64,000 nucleotides of DNA, from NCBI GenBank assembly GCA_017616855.1, contig JAFZXI010000010.1, positions 5,489-69,488 of the forward strand, in the 5' to 3' direction. How positions within the stretch are numbered: the stretch's first letter is position 1; the number at the start of each line of letters is the position of its first letter. The position numbers and the translations under genes are program-made. Positions 47,222 to 54,855 of the stretch are shown in pieces. A model generated the notes under the pieces. The model was given only the letters and a program-made list of their open reading frames with translations, did no database searches and was not told where the DNA came from. This DNA comes from Clostridia bacterium (GTDB taxonomy: Bacteria > Bacillota > Clostridia > Oscillospirales > RGIG8002).

Positions 47222-48865
47222 ATGCTGGAAAAATTCATCAACAGAATCGAGTACGACTCCTACGAGGACTTCAAGACGAATTACGCCGTCACCTGCTCCG
47301 AGGATTTCAACTTCGCGACGCACGTCATCGACGAATGGGCGCGCACCGAACCGAACCGCCGCGCGCTCGTCTGGTGCAACGACGAAGGCGAGAGCCGCGA
47401 GTTCACCTTCGGCGAGATCTCCGAGCTTTCCAAAAAGGCGGCGTCCTACCTCGTCTCGCTCGGCATCGGCAAAGGCGACATGGTCGTTACGATTCTTCGC
47501 CGCCGTCCCGAAATGTGGATAACCGCCGTCGCGCTCCACCGCATAGGCGCGGTGCTTATCCCCGCCAACTACCAGCTCGCCGCCAAGGACCTTATATATC
47601 GTTTCAACTCCGCGCACGCGAAGATGGTCATCGCCGCCGAGGACGAATGGATAATCAAGCAGGTCGAAGACGCCGCGGCGCAGTGCCCGTCGGTCAAAAA
47701 CCTTCTGCTCGTCGGCGGCAAACGCGAGGGCTGGCTCGACTACCGCGAAGGCATCGCGAACGCGAAGCCCGATTATGTCGTCAACCCCGACATAAAGCTG
47801 ACCGACCCGATGCTGCTCTATTTCACGAGCGGCACCTCCGGCATGCCGAAGATGGTCGTGCATAACTACCGCTACCCGCTCGGCCATATCGTGACAGCGA
47901 AATACTGGCAGCAGGTCGTCGACGGCGGTCTGCACCTGACGAACGCCGACTCCGGCTGGGCGAAGTTCGCCTGGGGCCTTATCTACGGCCAGTGGATCTC
48001 CGGCACCGCACTGCTCGGCTACGATCAGGGCAACAAGTTCTCCGCCGCGAAGTTCCTCGACGTCATACGCACCTTCAAGCCCACCACCGTCTGCGTGCCG
48101 GGCACGATATACCGCTTCCTCATCGTCGAGGGATTGAAAAAAGAAGATTTCGCCTCCGTCGTCCACTGCTGCACCGCGGGCGAGCCGCTCGCTCCGGAAA
48201 TTATCACCGAATTCAAGCAGGAAACCGGTCTTGAGATACACGAGGGCTTCGGACAGTCCGAAAGCAGCGTGCTGATTGCGAATTTCCAATGGTTCAAGCC
48301 GAAATACGGCTCGACCGGCAAGCCCTCCCCCGTCTACGACCTTGCGATATGCAACGACGACGGCTCGGAATGCGGCGTCGGCGAAGTCGGCGAGCTGGTC
48401 GTCCGCAACGCGAAGAAGGACAACCCCTTCGGTCTGCTCTGCGGCTACTACGACGGCGAAAAGATAATCGACCACTGCGACGAAAACGGCCGCTACCACA
48501 CCGGCGACCTCGCCTGGAAGGACGAGGACGGGCACATCTGGTTCGTCGGGCGCAACGACGATATGATAAAATGCTCCGGCTACCGCATCGGACCCTTTGA
48601 GATCGAAAGCGTGCTGCTTTCGCACCCTGCGGTCAAGGAATGCGCAATCACCGGCGCTCCCGATCCGCTGCGCGGGCAGGTCGTCAAGGCGTCCATCGTG
48701 CTCCACAAGGGCTACGAAGGCACCGACGAGCTGACGAAGGAACTCCAGACCTACGTCAAGAAGATGACCGCGCCTTATAAATACCCGCGAATCGTCTGCT
48801 ATATGGACGCGCTCCCCAAAACCGTCACCGGCAAGATAAACCGCAAAGCGATACGCAACGAATAG
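47222..48865 (+). CDS. AMP-forming acyl-CoA synthetase, medium/short branched-chain (ACSM/MacS-like) family
   Basis: YFTSGTSGMPKMV AMP-binding motif. GYRIGPFEIES, TAPYKYPR and LPKTVTGKI blocks closely resemble ACSM-type ligases. Confidence 0.85.
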   Translation: MLEKFINRIEYDSYEDFKTNYAVTCSEDFNFATHVIDEWARTEPNRRALVWCNDEGESREFTFGEISELSKKAASYLVSLGIGKGDMVVTILRRRPEMWITAVALHRIGAVLIPANYQLAAKDLIYRFNSAHAKMVIAAEDEWIIKQVEDAAAQCPSVKNLLLVGGKREGWLDYREGIANAKPDYVVNPDIKLTDPMLLYFTSGTSGMPKMVVHNYRYPLGHIVTAKYWQQVVDGGLHLTNADSGWAKFAWGLIYGQWISGTALLGYDQGNKFSAAKFLDVIRTFKPTTVCVPGTIYRFLIVEGLKKEDFASVVHCCTAGEPLAPEIITEFKQETGLEIHEGFGQSESSVLIANFQWFKPKYGSTGKPSPVYDLAICNDDGSECGVGEVGELVVRNAKKDNPFGLLCGYYDGEKIIDHCDENGRYHTGDLAWKDEDGHIWFVGRNDDMIKCSGYRIGPFEIESVLLSHPAVKECAITGAPDPLRGQVVKASIVLHKGYEGTDELTKELQTYVKKMTAPYKYPRIVCYMDALPKTVTGKINRKAIRNE

Positions 48866-48873
48866 TAATGAAA

Positions 48874-48950
48874 GCCCCGTTTTCCGAAATGAAAACGGGG
48901 TTGATTTTTATATGAAAACAGGCGCGCTGCGGCGCGTCTTTTTTTATCAC
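48874..48950 (+). terminator. Two successive rho-independent terminators
   Basis: ccccgtttt/aaaacgggg plus a T-run, then a GC stem (gcgcgc...gcgcg) plus T7. Confidence 0.7.
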
Positions 48951-48982
48951 AAAAATATCGATTTATTTTTATGAAAAACATC

Positions 48983-49010
48983 TTGACAAAAATATAATAC
49001 CCGTTATAAT
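48983..49010 (+). promoter_or_regulatory. SigA-type promoter: TTGACA-16 nt-TATAAT
   Basis: Consensus hexamers upstream of the glycyl-radical enzyme gene. Confidence 0.55.
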
Positions 49011-49034
49011 TCGAGGTGAACGGAGGTGTTTTTT

Positions 49035-51194
49035 ATGTTCACCGCAAAAGACCACGCTGACTATATAATCAGCTTTATAAATACCTACCGCGAGCACGAG
49101 AACGCGCCGCGCGGCGAGCGCGAGCTTGCCTGCCTGCGCGTGTTCGCCTCCGCTTTTTTCCTGCCGTTTGACGACGAGGACATCTTCGCCGGACGCTACC
49201 GCGAGCTCGCCGTCGGCTTCACGCCGCAGGAGCACGAATACAACGGCTATTACATGTATGATAAAAAGGTCGAAGCCGTCGCCGCCGAGGTCGACGCCGA
49301 AACGCGCGAAAAGCTGCGCGAGGCGGCGGACTGGTTCCGCGACAGGACGACCGTCGCGAAAACTATCGCCGCCTACCCGGAAAAGATCACCTCGCTGCTG
49401 CCGCCGATGGCGGACTACGAGGACGCCGCTTCCCTGCTCTATCGCATCGGCGGCACCTTCCCCGACTACGAAAAGCTCGTCACGCTTGGCATCCCCGGGC
49501 TGAAAGCCGAGATAACCGCACGCGCCGCTCAGGGCGGCGACGCGGACTTTTTCGGCTCAATGCTCGGCGCGCTCGATCTGCTCGCCGAAGTCGCGTTAAG
49601 CTGCGCCGAAGCCGCTCGCGCCGCCGGCAAGGACGAGATGGCGGCTTCCTGCGAAGGCATCGCCGCGCACGCGCCCGCGAACATGCACGAGGCGCTGCAG
49701 CTCATCACGCTTTTCGCCCACCTTTCCGGCAACCTCGACTACGGGCGGCTGGACGACATTCTCGCCCCCTTCGCCTACGGAGTCGACGACGAGGAGATAA
49801 TACGCCTGCTGATCGGGTTTTACCGCCTTATCGTTTTCCGCGGCTGGATATGGGACGGCCGCGTGGTCGTCGGCGGACGCGCGCGCAAGCACGAAAAGAC
49901 CGCCGACCGCGTCGCGCTGCTCGCTATCGAGGCGAGCCGCCGTTACCGCGAGGTGCTCCCGCAGCTCACGCTCCGCTTTTACGACGGGCAGGATCCCGCG
50001 CTGCTCGAAAAAGCGTTCGACAACTTCGCCGACGGATACATCTATCCGATGCTCTATTCCGACGATGTGAATATCCCCGCGGTCGAAAAGTCCTTCGGCG
50101 TCGACCGCGAAACCGCCGAGCATTATATGCCATTCGGCTGCGGTGAATATGTGCTCGAGCACTGCTCGCTCGGCACCCCGAGCGGCACGATAAATCTGCT
50201 GAAAGTGCTCGAAGCGACGCTCTTCGACGGGCGCGACATACGGCGCGGGAAGCAAATACTGCCGAAACGCGGGTTTCACGATTTCGAGAGCTTATTCACC
50301 GCGTATTCCGCGAACGTCGATATGCTGATGGAAGCGCTCGCGCTGCAGGAAAAGATTGAATACGACGTCATGGGCGCGGACGCGCATCTGCTCTATTATT
50401 CAATGCTTTACGACGACTGCATCGAGCGCGGAAAGCCGCTGCTTTCCGGCGGCGTGCGCTACCTCGGCGGCACGATGGAGTCTTACGGCAATATCAACAC
50501 CGCGGACAGTCTGACCGCGATAAAATCTGTCGTCTACGACCGCAAACTCGCCACGCTCGACGAGCTGAAGGCCGCGCTCGCCGCGGACTTCAAGGGTTAC
50601 GAAGACCTGCGCCGCGTTCTTCTCGCCTGCCCGAAATACGGCAACGATGACGACGAGGCGGACGCGATGGCTGTCCGCGTTCACGAGCAGGTCTGCGCCA
50701 GCGCGAACGCGCAAACCGAGAAGGTCGGGCTGCACACCTACAAGGTCGTCATAATCAACAACTCGATGAATACGACGATGGGCGTGCTGACCGGCGCCTC
50801 CGCCGACGGACGCGGCGCCTGCGATCCGATGGCGAACGGCAACAACCCCATGGGCGGGCGCGACAAGAGCGGCCCCACCGCGATGCTGAACTCCCTGACG
50901 AAGCTCGATCCGTCGCTCCACGCAGGCGCGGTGCAGAACATGAAGTTCACGACCGAGATGTTCAACAAATACCGCGAGAAGACGAAGGCGCTGCTCGCCG
51001 CCTATTTCAAAAAAGGACAGCAGGCGATGCTGAACGTGCTGAACAAGGGCGACCTCGAGGACGCGCTCGTGCATCCGGAGAAATACCCCGATCTGATAGT
51101 CCGCGTCGGCGGCTTCGCGGCGCGGTTCGTGGAGCTCGATCCCGACGTTCAGCGCGAGATCGTTTCGAGGACGCTTTATGGGAACGATAATTAG
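49035..51194 (+). CDS. Glycyl radical enzyme (PFL2/dehydratase-lyase type), unusually short, substrate unknown
   Basis: C-terminal glycyl radical motif IVRVGGFAARF. Cys loop PFGCGEY (Cys-x-Glu). PKYGNDDDEAD, ASADGRGACDPMANG and GPTAMLNS blocks. Start ATG 49035 (GGAGG 8 nt upstream). Confidence 0.85.
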   Translation: MFTAKDHADYIISFINTYREHENAPRGERELACLRVFASAFFLPFDDEDIFAGRYRELAVGFTPQEHEYNGYYMYDKKVEAVAAEVDAETREKLREAADWFRDRTTVAKTIAAYPEKITSLLPPMADYEDAASLLYRIGGTFPDYEKLVTLGIPGLKAEITARAAQGGDADFFGSMLGALDLLAEVALSCAEAARAAGKDEMAASCEGIAAHAPANMHEALQLITLFAHLSGNLDYGRLDDILAPFAYGVDDEEIIRLLIGFYRLIVFRGWIWDGRVVVGGRARKHEKTADRVALLAIEASRRYREVLPQLTLRFYDGQDPALLEKAFDNFADGYIYPMLYSDDVNIPAVEKSFGVDRETAEHYMPFGCGEYVLEHCSLGTPSGTINLLKVLEATLFDGRDIRRGKQILPKRGFHDFESLFTAYSANVDMLMEALALQEKIEYDVMGADAHLLYYSMLYDDCIERGKPLLSGGVRYLGGTMESYGNINTADSLTAIKSVVYDRKLATLDELKAALAADFKGYEDLRRVLLACPKYGNDDDEADAMAVRVHEQVCASANAQTEKVGLHTYKVVIINNSMNTTMGVLTGASADGRGACDPMANGNNPMGGRDKSGPTAMLNSLTKLDPSLHAGAVQNMKFTTEMFNKYREKTKALLAAYFKKGQQAMLNVLNKGDLEDALVHPEKYPDLIVRVGGFAARFVELDPDVQREIVSRTLYGNDN

Positions 51195-51981
51195 CATCGA
51201 GCGATTTTCGCTCAACGACGGGCCGGGCATACGCACAACGGTATTTTTAAAGGGCTGCCCGCTTAACTGCCTCTGGTGCCACAACCCCGAATCGAAAAAG
51301 CCGCGCCCGCAGCTCTCTTTCAATCCCGACGCCTGCGTCGGATGCGGAAGGTGCGCGGAGGTCTGCCCCTGCGGAGTTCACTCCTTCGCGGACGAACACA
51401 AAGTCGATTTCGCCGCGTGCAGCGCGTGCGGAAAATGCGTCGGCGTCTGCCCCGCGGGCGCGCTGAAGATATACGGATACGACGCCTCCGCCGAGGAGAT
51501 AATGAAGACAGTTCTGCGCGACAGGGCGTATTACGAGACCTCCGGCGGCGGGCTGACCGTTTCCGGCGGCGAGCCGACGATGCAGTTCGGATTCCTCAAG
51601 GAACTGCTGACGCTCGCGAAGCGCGAAGGGATACACACCGCGGTCGAGACCTGCGGCTTTGCACCGACGGAACGCTTCGCGGAGCTTCTGCCGCTTTGCG
51701 ACCTTTTCCTTTACGACCACAAGGCGCCGGCGGAGCTGCACGAAAAGCTGACCGGCGTTCCCGACGAGCTGATAGTGAAAAATCTCGCCTTCCTGCTCGA
51801 CAGCGGCGCGAAGGTCATCCTGCGCTGCCCGGTCGTCGACGGCGTCAACGGCACGAACGAGCGGCGGCGCGCGTTCGCCGCGCGGTTCCCGAAGCTGCTC
51901 GCGGTTGAGGAGCTCCCCTACCACGACCTCGGCAGAACGAAAGCGAAGCGCATCGGCGTTGATTATCCCGATTTCAAATAG
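51178..51981 (+). CDS. Glycyl-radical enzyme activating protein (radical SAM)
   Basis: CPLNCLWCHN radical-SAM cluster and two ferredoxin-type CxxCxxCxxxC motifs. GGEPT. 17-nt overlap with the GRE gene. Confidence 0.9.
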   Translation: MGTIISIERFSLNDGPGIRTTVFLKGCPLNCLWCHNPESKKPRPQLSFNPDACVGCGRCAEVCPCGVHSFADEHKVDFAACSACGKCVGVCPAGALKIYGYDASAEEIMKTVLRDRAYYETSGGGLTVSGGEPTMQFGFLKELLTLAKREGIHTAVETCGFAPTERFAELLPLCDLFLYDHKAPAELHEKLTGVPDELIVKNLAFLLDSGAKVILRCPVVDGVNGTNERRRAFAARFPKLLAVEELPYHDLGRTKAKRIGVDYPDFK

Positions 51982-52026
51982 TTTTGCGAATACATAATAA
52001 GACGTTTTTCACCACTCGTTAATATG

Positions 52027-52062
52027 AAAAAGCAGACTGAAAACAAACAGTCTGCTTTTTTA
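52027..52062 (+). terminator. Rho-independent terminator
   Basis: agcagactg/cagtctgct stem plus T6. Confidence 0.8.
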
Positions 52063-52074
52063 TTCAGTTCGTTT

Positions 52075-52246
52075 AGTGAAGACGTCGGCTTTGCCGACTA
52101 ATGAAGACGGGCGTTGCCCTAATGAAGATGGCAACCGCGTTGCCTGATGAAGCGAAGTCGCCTCCGTTACTTCATCAGCCCGAAGGGCGTCTTCATTTCT
52201 TCATTAGCGAAGCGTCTTCATTAGCCCCGAAGGGGCGACTTCATTT
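52075..52246. repeat. Nested palindrome array B: 4 forward copies of (T)AATGAAGAC-like words, then 5 reverse copies, interleaved with GC mini-hairpins
   Basis: TGAAG at 52077, 52102, 52123 and 52148. CTTCA at 52170, 52191, 52199, 52216 and 52239. Exact complementary pairs are 52145-52/52170-77 and 52099-108/52214-23. Confidence 0.8.
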
Positions 52247-52410
52247 TATTCAGCGGCGTCCGCGGGGCTGTATCGGAGTCGGATGGCGGCAGCAGCCGCA
52301 TCCGAACGCGCGGCGCAGGTTGCGCGCTCCTCGCCGCAGACAGTTGACGAAATTACACGGCGTCAAGTTGCACACACAAATCACCTTCATTGGTATTGAG
52401 GTTTTATCCG

Positions 52411-52494
52411 GACTGATTGGCGGCAAGGACAACAAACCGGAAAACACCGGATTTGACCGCTTATCAGGCGTATTGTCCTTACCGCCAATCAGTC
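52411..52494. repeat. 22-bp inverted repeat (21/22 complementary) with a 40-nt loop
   Basis: gactgattggcggcaaggacaa (52411-32) pairs with ttgtccttaccgccaatcagtc (52473-94). The loop holds a small ccgg-aaaaca-ccgg hairpin. Confidence 0.75.
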
Positions 52495-52528
52495 TAGTCT
52501 ATTATATGCAACTGTGCGTGTTGTGTGC

Positions 52529-53140
52529 TCAGCCAACGATAAACTCGCCGCTGCCGACGAGCTTGTCGTCATCGTAAACCTCAAACTTTCCGGCGTCGAT
52601 AAGTCCCTCCGCTTCCCGCGGCTTTATGAACCTCACGTCGCAGGTATTGTCTTCCCGCGAATAATTCGACAGAGCTGCGATATACATAGAGCCGACGTTG
52701 ACCTTGTTTTTGTATTTCGCACGTATGATATAGATTTTTTCTTCTTCGAATCCGACTTTCAAGTCGATATTCGCTCTCGCGATAACGTCGTCTTCCGCGC
52801 TTGCTTCCCTTCTGATGAATATGCTGTATTTATAATTGGCAATACCGATCATTATCGCAAGTATCGCCGCCACAGCACAAGCGCAATATATAGCCACATT
52901 CATTTTCAGCACTGTAAAAATGAAAATAGCGACAGCCGTAGCAATCAAACTCGGTATTAAAAAGATATAGACTTTGTTTCCTTTTACCTCTGTGCGCTTA
53001 TCCACTTCCTTGCCGCAGCAGGGGCAGGAAAACCAAAGCTTATTCTTTACACGATCCAACCATATACGCCATACTTTCCACATAAATCTTTGATTACCCG
53101 ACAAAGACCTTTCGCCGCAATAAGGACAATAACTCTTCAT
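52529..53140 (-). CDS. Hypothetical protein: N-terminal zinc-ribbon (CPYC...CPCC), two TM helices and a C-terminal soluble domain
   Basis: MKSYCPYCGE...FSCPCCGKE, then hydrophobic segments. ATG 53140 has GGTGGTG upstream. AT-rich relative to the flanks. Confidence 0.45.
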   Translation of the reverse strand: MKSYCPYCGERSLSGNQRFMWKVWRIWLDRVKNKLWFSCPCCGKEVDKRTEVKGNKVYIFLIPSLIATAVAIFIFTVLKMNVAIYCACAVAAILAIMIGIANYKYSIFIRREASAEDDVIARANIDLKVGFEEEKIYIIRAKYKNKVNVGSMYIAALSNYSREDNTCDVRFIKPREAEGLIDAGKFEVYDDDKLVGSGEFIVG

Positions 53141-53301
53141 TCTGTTCACCACCTTACAAGCAACATCATACTCGGGGATTTTTCGTTTGTCAACCCGACT
53201 GTTCAAAAAAGTGAAGCACAGATAACAAATAGTGAATCTCAGATAACAAAAGATACCCTTTCACTAAAGAAAAGGCATCTTTATTGCTGAATTATCGTTT
53301 C

Positions 53302-53931
53302 TCACGAAAAGAAATGCGCCTCGGCTTCCGCGCAGAGAGCGTGGTAAATCGGCAGGTGGAGCTCCTGCACCTTGTAGGTCTCGGTCTCCGGCGCTTTCAC
53401 GCAGAGGTCGGCGAGCGAAGCGAGCTTTCCCCCGTCCGCGCCGGTCAGCGCGAGGACGAAAAGTCCGCGGGCGCGCGCGACCTGCGCTGCGGCGCAGACG
53501 TTCGCGGCGTTTCCGCTCGTTGAGATGCAGACGAGCGCGTCGCCGATGTTGCCGAGCGCCATCACCTGCTGCGCGAAGACGTTATCCGCGGCGCAGTCGT
53601 TCGCCGTCGCGGTCATAAGCGCGGAAGCCGCCGGCAGCGAGATCGCCGGAAGCCCCTGCTGGAGCGAATCGAGCAGCGCGTCCGGTATCTCCGGGCAAGC
53701 GTTTTTCATTATCCCGCGCTCCTCCTGCGAAAGCGGACGGCGCGAAAGGAAACCCTTGCAGAGCTCGCCAGCGATGTGATCGCAGTCTGCGGCGGAGCCG
53801 CCGTTGCCGCATAACAGGAGCTTGCCGCCGTGCTCAAACACGCCGATGAGCATATCGGCGGCGGCGTTCAGCGCGCCCTCTATTCCCGCGAGCGCGGGGT
53901 ATCTTTTTATCAGTTCTTCAACGTGTTTCAT
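53302..53931 (-). CDS. SIS-domain protein (GmhA/phosphoheptose-isomerase-like sugar-phosphate isomerase)
   Basis: GNGGSAADCDHIAGEL and STSGNAANV SIS motifs. 4-nt overlap with the upstream ROK gene. Confidence 0.75.
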   Translation of the reverse strand: MKHVEELIKRYPALAGIEGALNAAADMLIGVFEHGGKLLLCGNGGSAADCDHIAGELCKGFLSRRPLSQEERGIMKNACPEIPDALLDSLQQGLPAISLPAASALMTATANDCAADNVFAQQVMALGNIGDALVCISTSGNAANVCAAAQVARARGLFVLALTGADGGKLASLADLCVKAPETETYKVQELHLPIYHALCAEAEAHFFS

Positions 53932-54854
53932 ATCTTATCCCCCATCGCGACGCAGATCGCCGCGTAGTCTCCGAGCTGTTCGCCGAGCGCGGCGGGAAGA
54001 ATCCGAACGACCTCGAGCGAGCGCGGGATCGCCTCGCGGCGCAGGACGCGCTCCATAGCGGGAAGGAGCAACTCTCCGCTGCGCGCGAAAATCGAGCCGA
54101 GGACGATGCGCTCGGGATTGAACAGGTCGACGAGCATCGCGAGCGCCGCGCCGAGCTTTTCTCCGCTGACGCGCCAGACCTCGAGCGCCGTTTCGTCGCC
54201 GGCGAACGCCGCGGCGGCGACGCTTTTCGCGTCGCAGTTATCCGGATACCACGCGGGTTTGACGGAGGCGCTTTCCGCGACGGACGCGGCGAGCTGTTTT
54301 ATCCCGCCGCCGCTGCAGAAGCCCTCGCATGAGCCGGCTTTGCCGAAGCCGACCGGACCTTCGTGTTCGAGCCGTACGTGCCCGATCTCGCCCGCCATAT
54401 CGTTAGTGCCGGAGTAGAGCCGCCCGTCGAGGATCAGCCCCGCGCCGAAGCCGGTGCCGCAGGTCAGGAAGATCATGTTTTCGCAGCCGCGCCCCGCGCC
54501 GTAACGCCATTCGGCGAGCGCGCAGGCGTTCGCGTCGTTCTGCAGGCGCACAGGCACGCCGTAACGCTTCTCAAGCATTTCGACGATCGGCACGTCGGTC
54601 CACAGCGGCAGGTTCGGCGGAGCGAGTATCCTGCCCGTTTTCGACGAGAGCGGGCCTCCGCAGGAGACGCCTATGCCGTCGAACGCGCCCAGACCGTCCA
54701 GAATCGCGCAGAATCGCTCTATTACGTTTTCCGGGGGTTCGTTTACGTCCGTTTCAAAGCGTTCCTTAGAAAGAAATCTGACGCTTTCTCCGTTCACTTC
54801 CCCCAATGTGACGGCGCATTTCGTGCCGCCGATATCAATTCCCGCGTATCTCAT
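53928..54854 (-). CDS. ROK-family sugar kinase
   Basis: N-terminal ATP-binding motif GIDIGGTK and later ROK blocks (GAGLILDG, GEIGH). Confidence 0.8.
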   Translation of the reverse strand: MRYAGIDIGGTKCAVTLGEVNGESVRFLSKERFETDVNEPPENVIERFCAILDGLGAFDGIGVSCGGPLSSKTGRILAPPNLPLWTDVPIVEMLEKRYGVPVRLQNDANACALAEWRYGAGRGCENMIFLTCGTGFGAGLILDGRLYSGTNDMAGEIGHVRLEHEGPVGFGKAGSCEGFCSGGGIKQLAASVAESASVKPAWYPDNCDAKSVAAAAFAGDETALEVWRVSGEKLGAALAMLVDLFNPERIVLGSIFARSGELLLPAMERVLRREAIPRSLEVVRILPAALGEQLGDYAAICVAMGDKI

Positions 54855-54855
54855 A

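Noticed and set aside
47222-51981. The acyl-CoA synthetase and the glycyl-radical enzyme as one operon or pathway
   Set aside because: Two rho-independent terminators (48874-48950) and a consensus promoter (48983-49010) separate them. The T-box therefore governs only the ligase gene. A functional link cannot be supported from the sequence.
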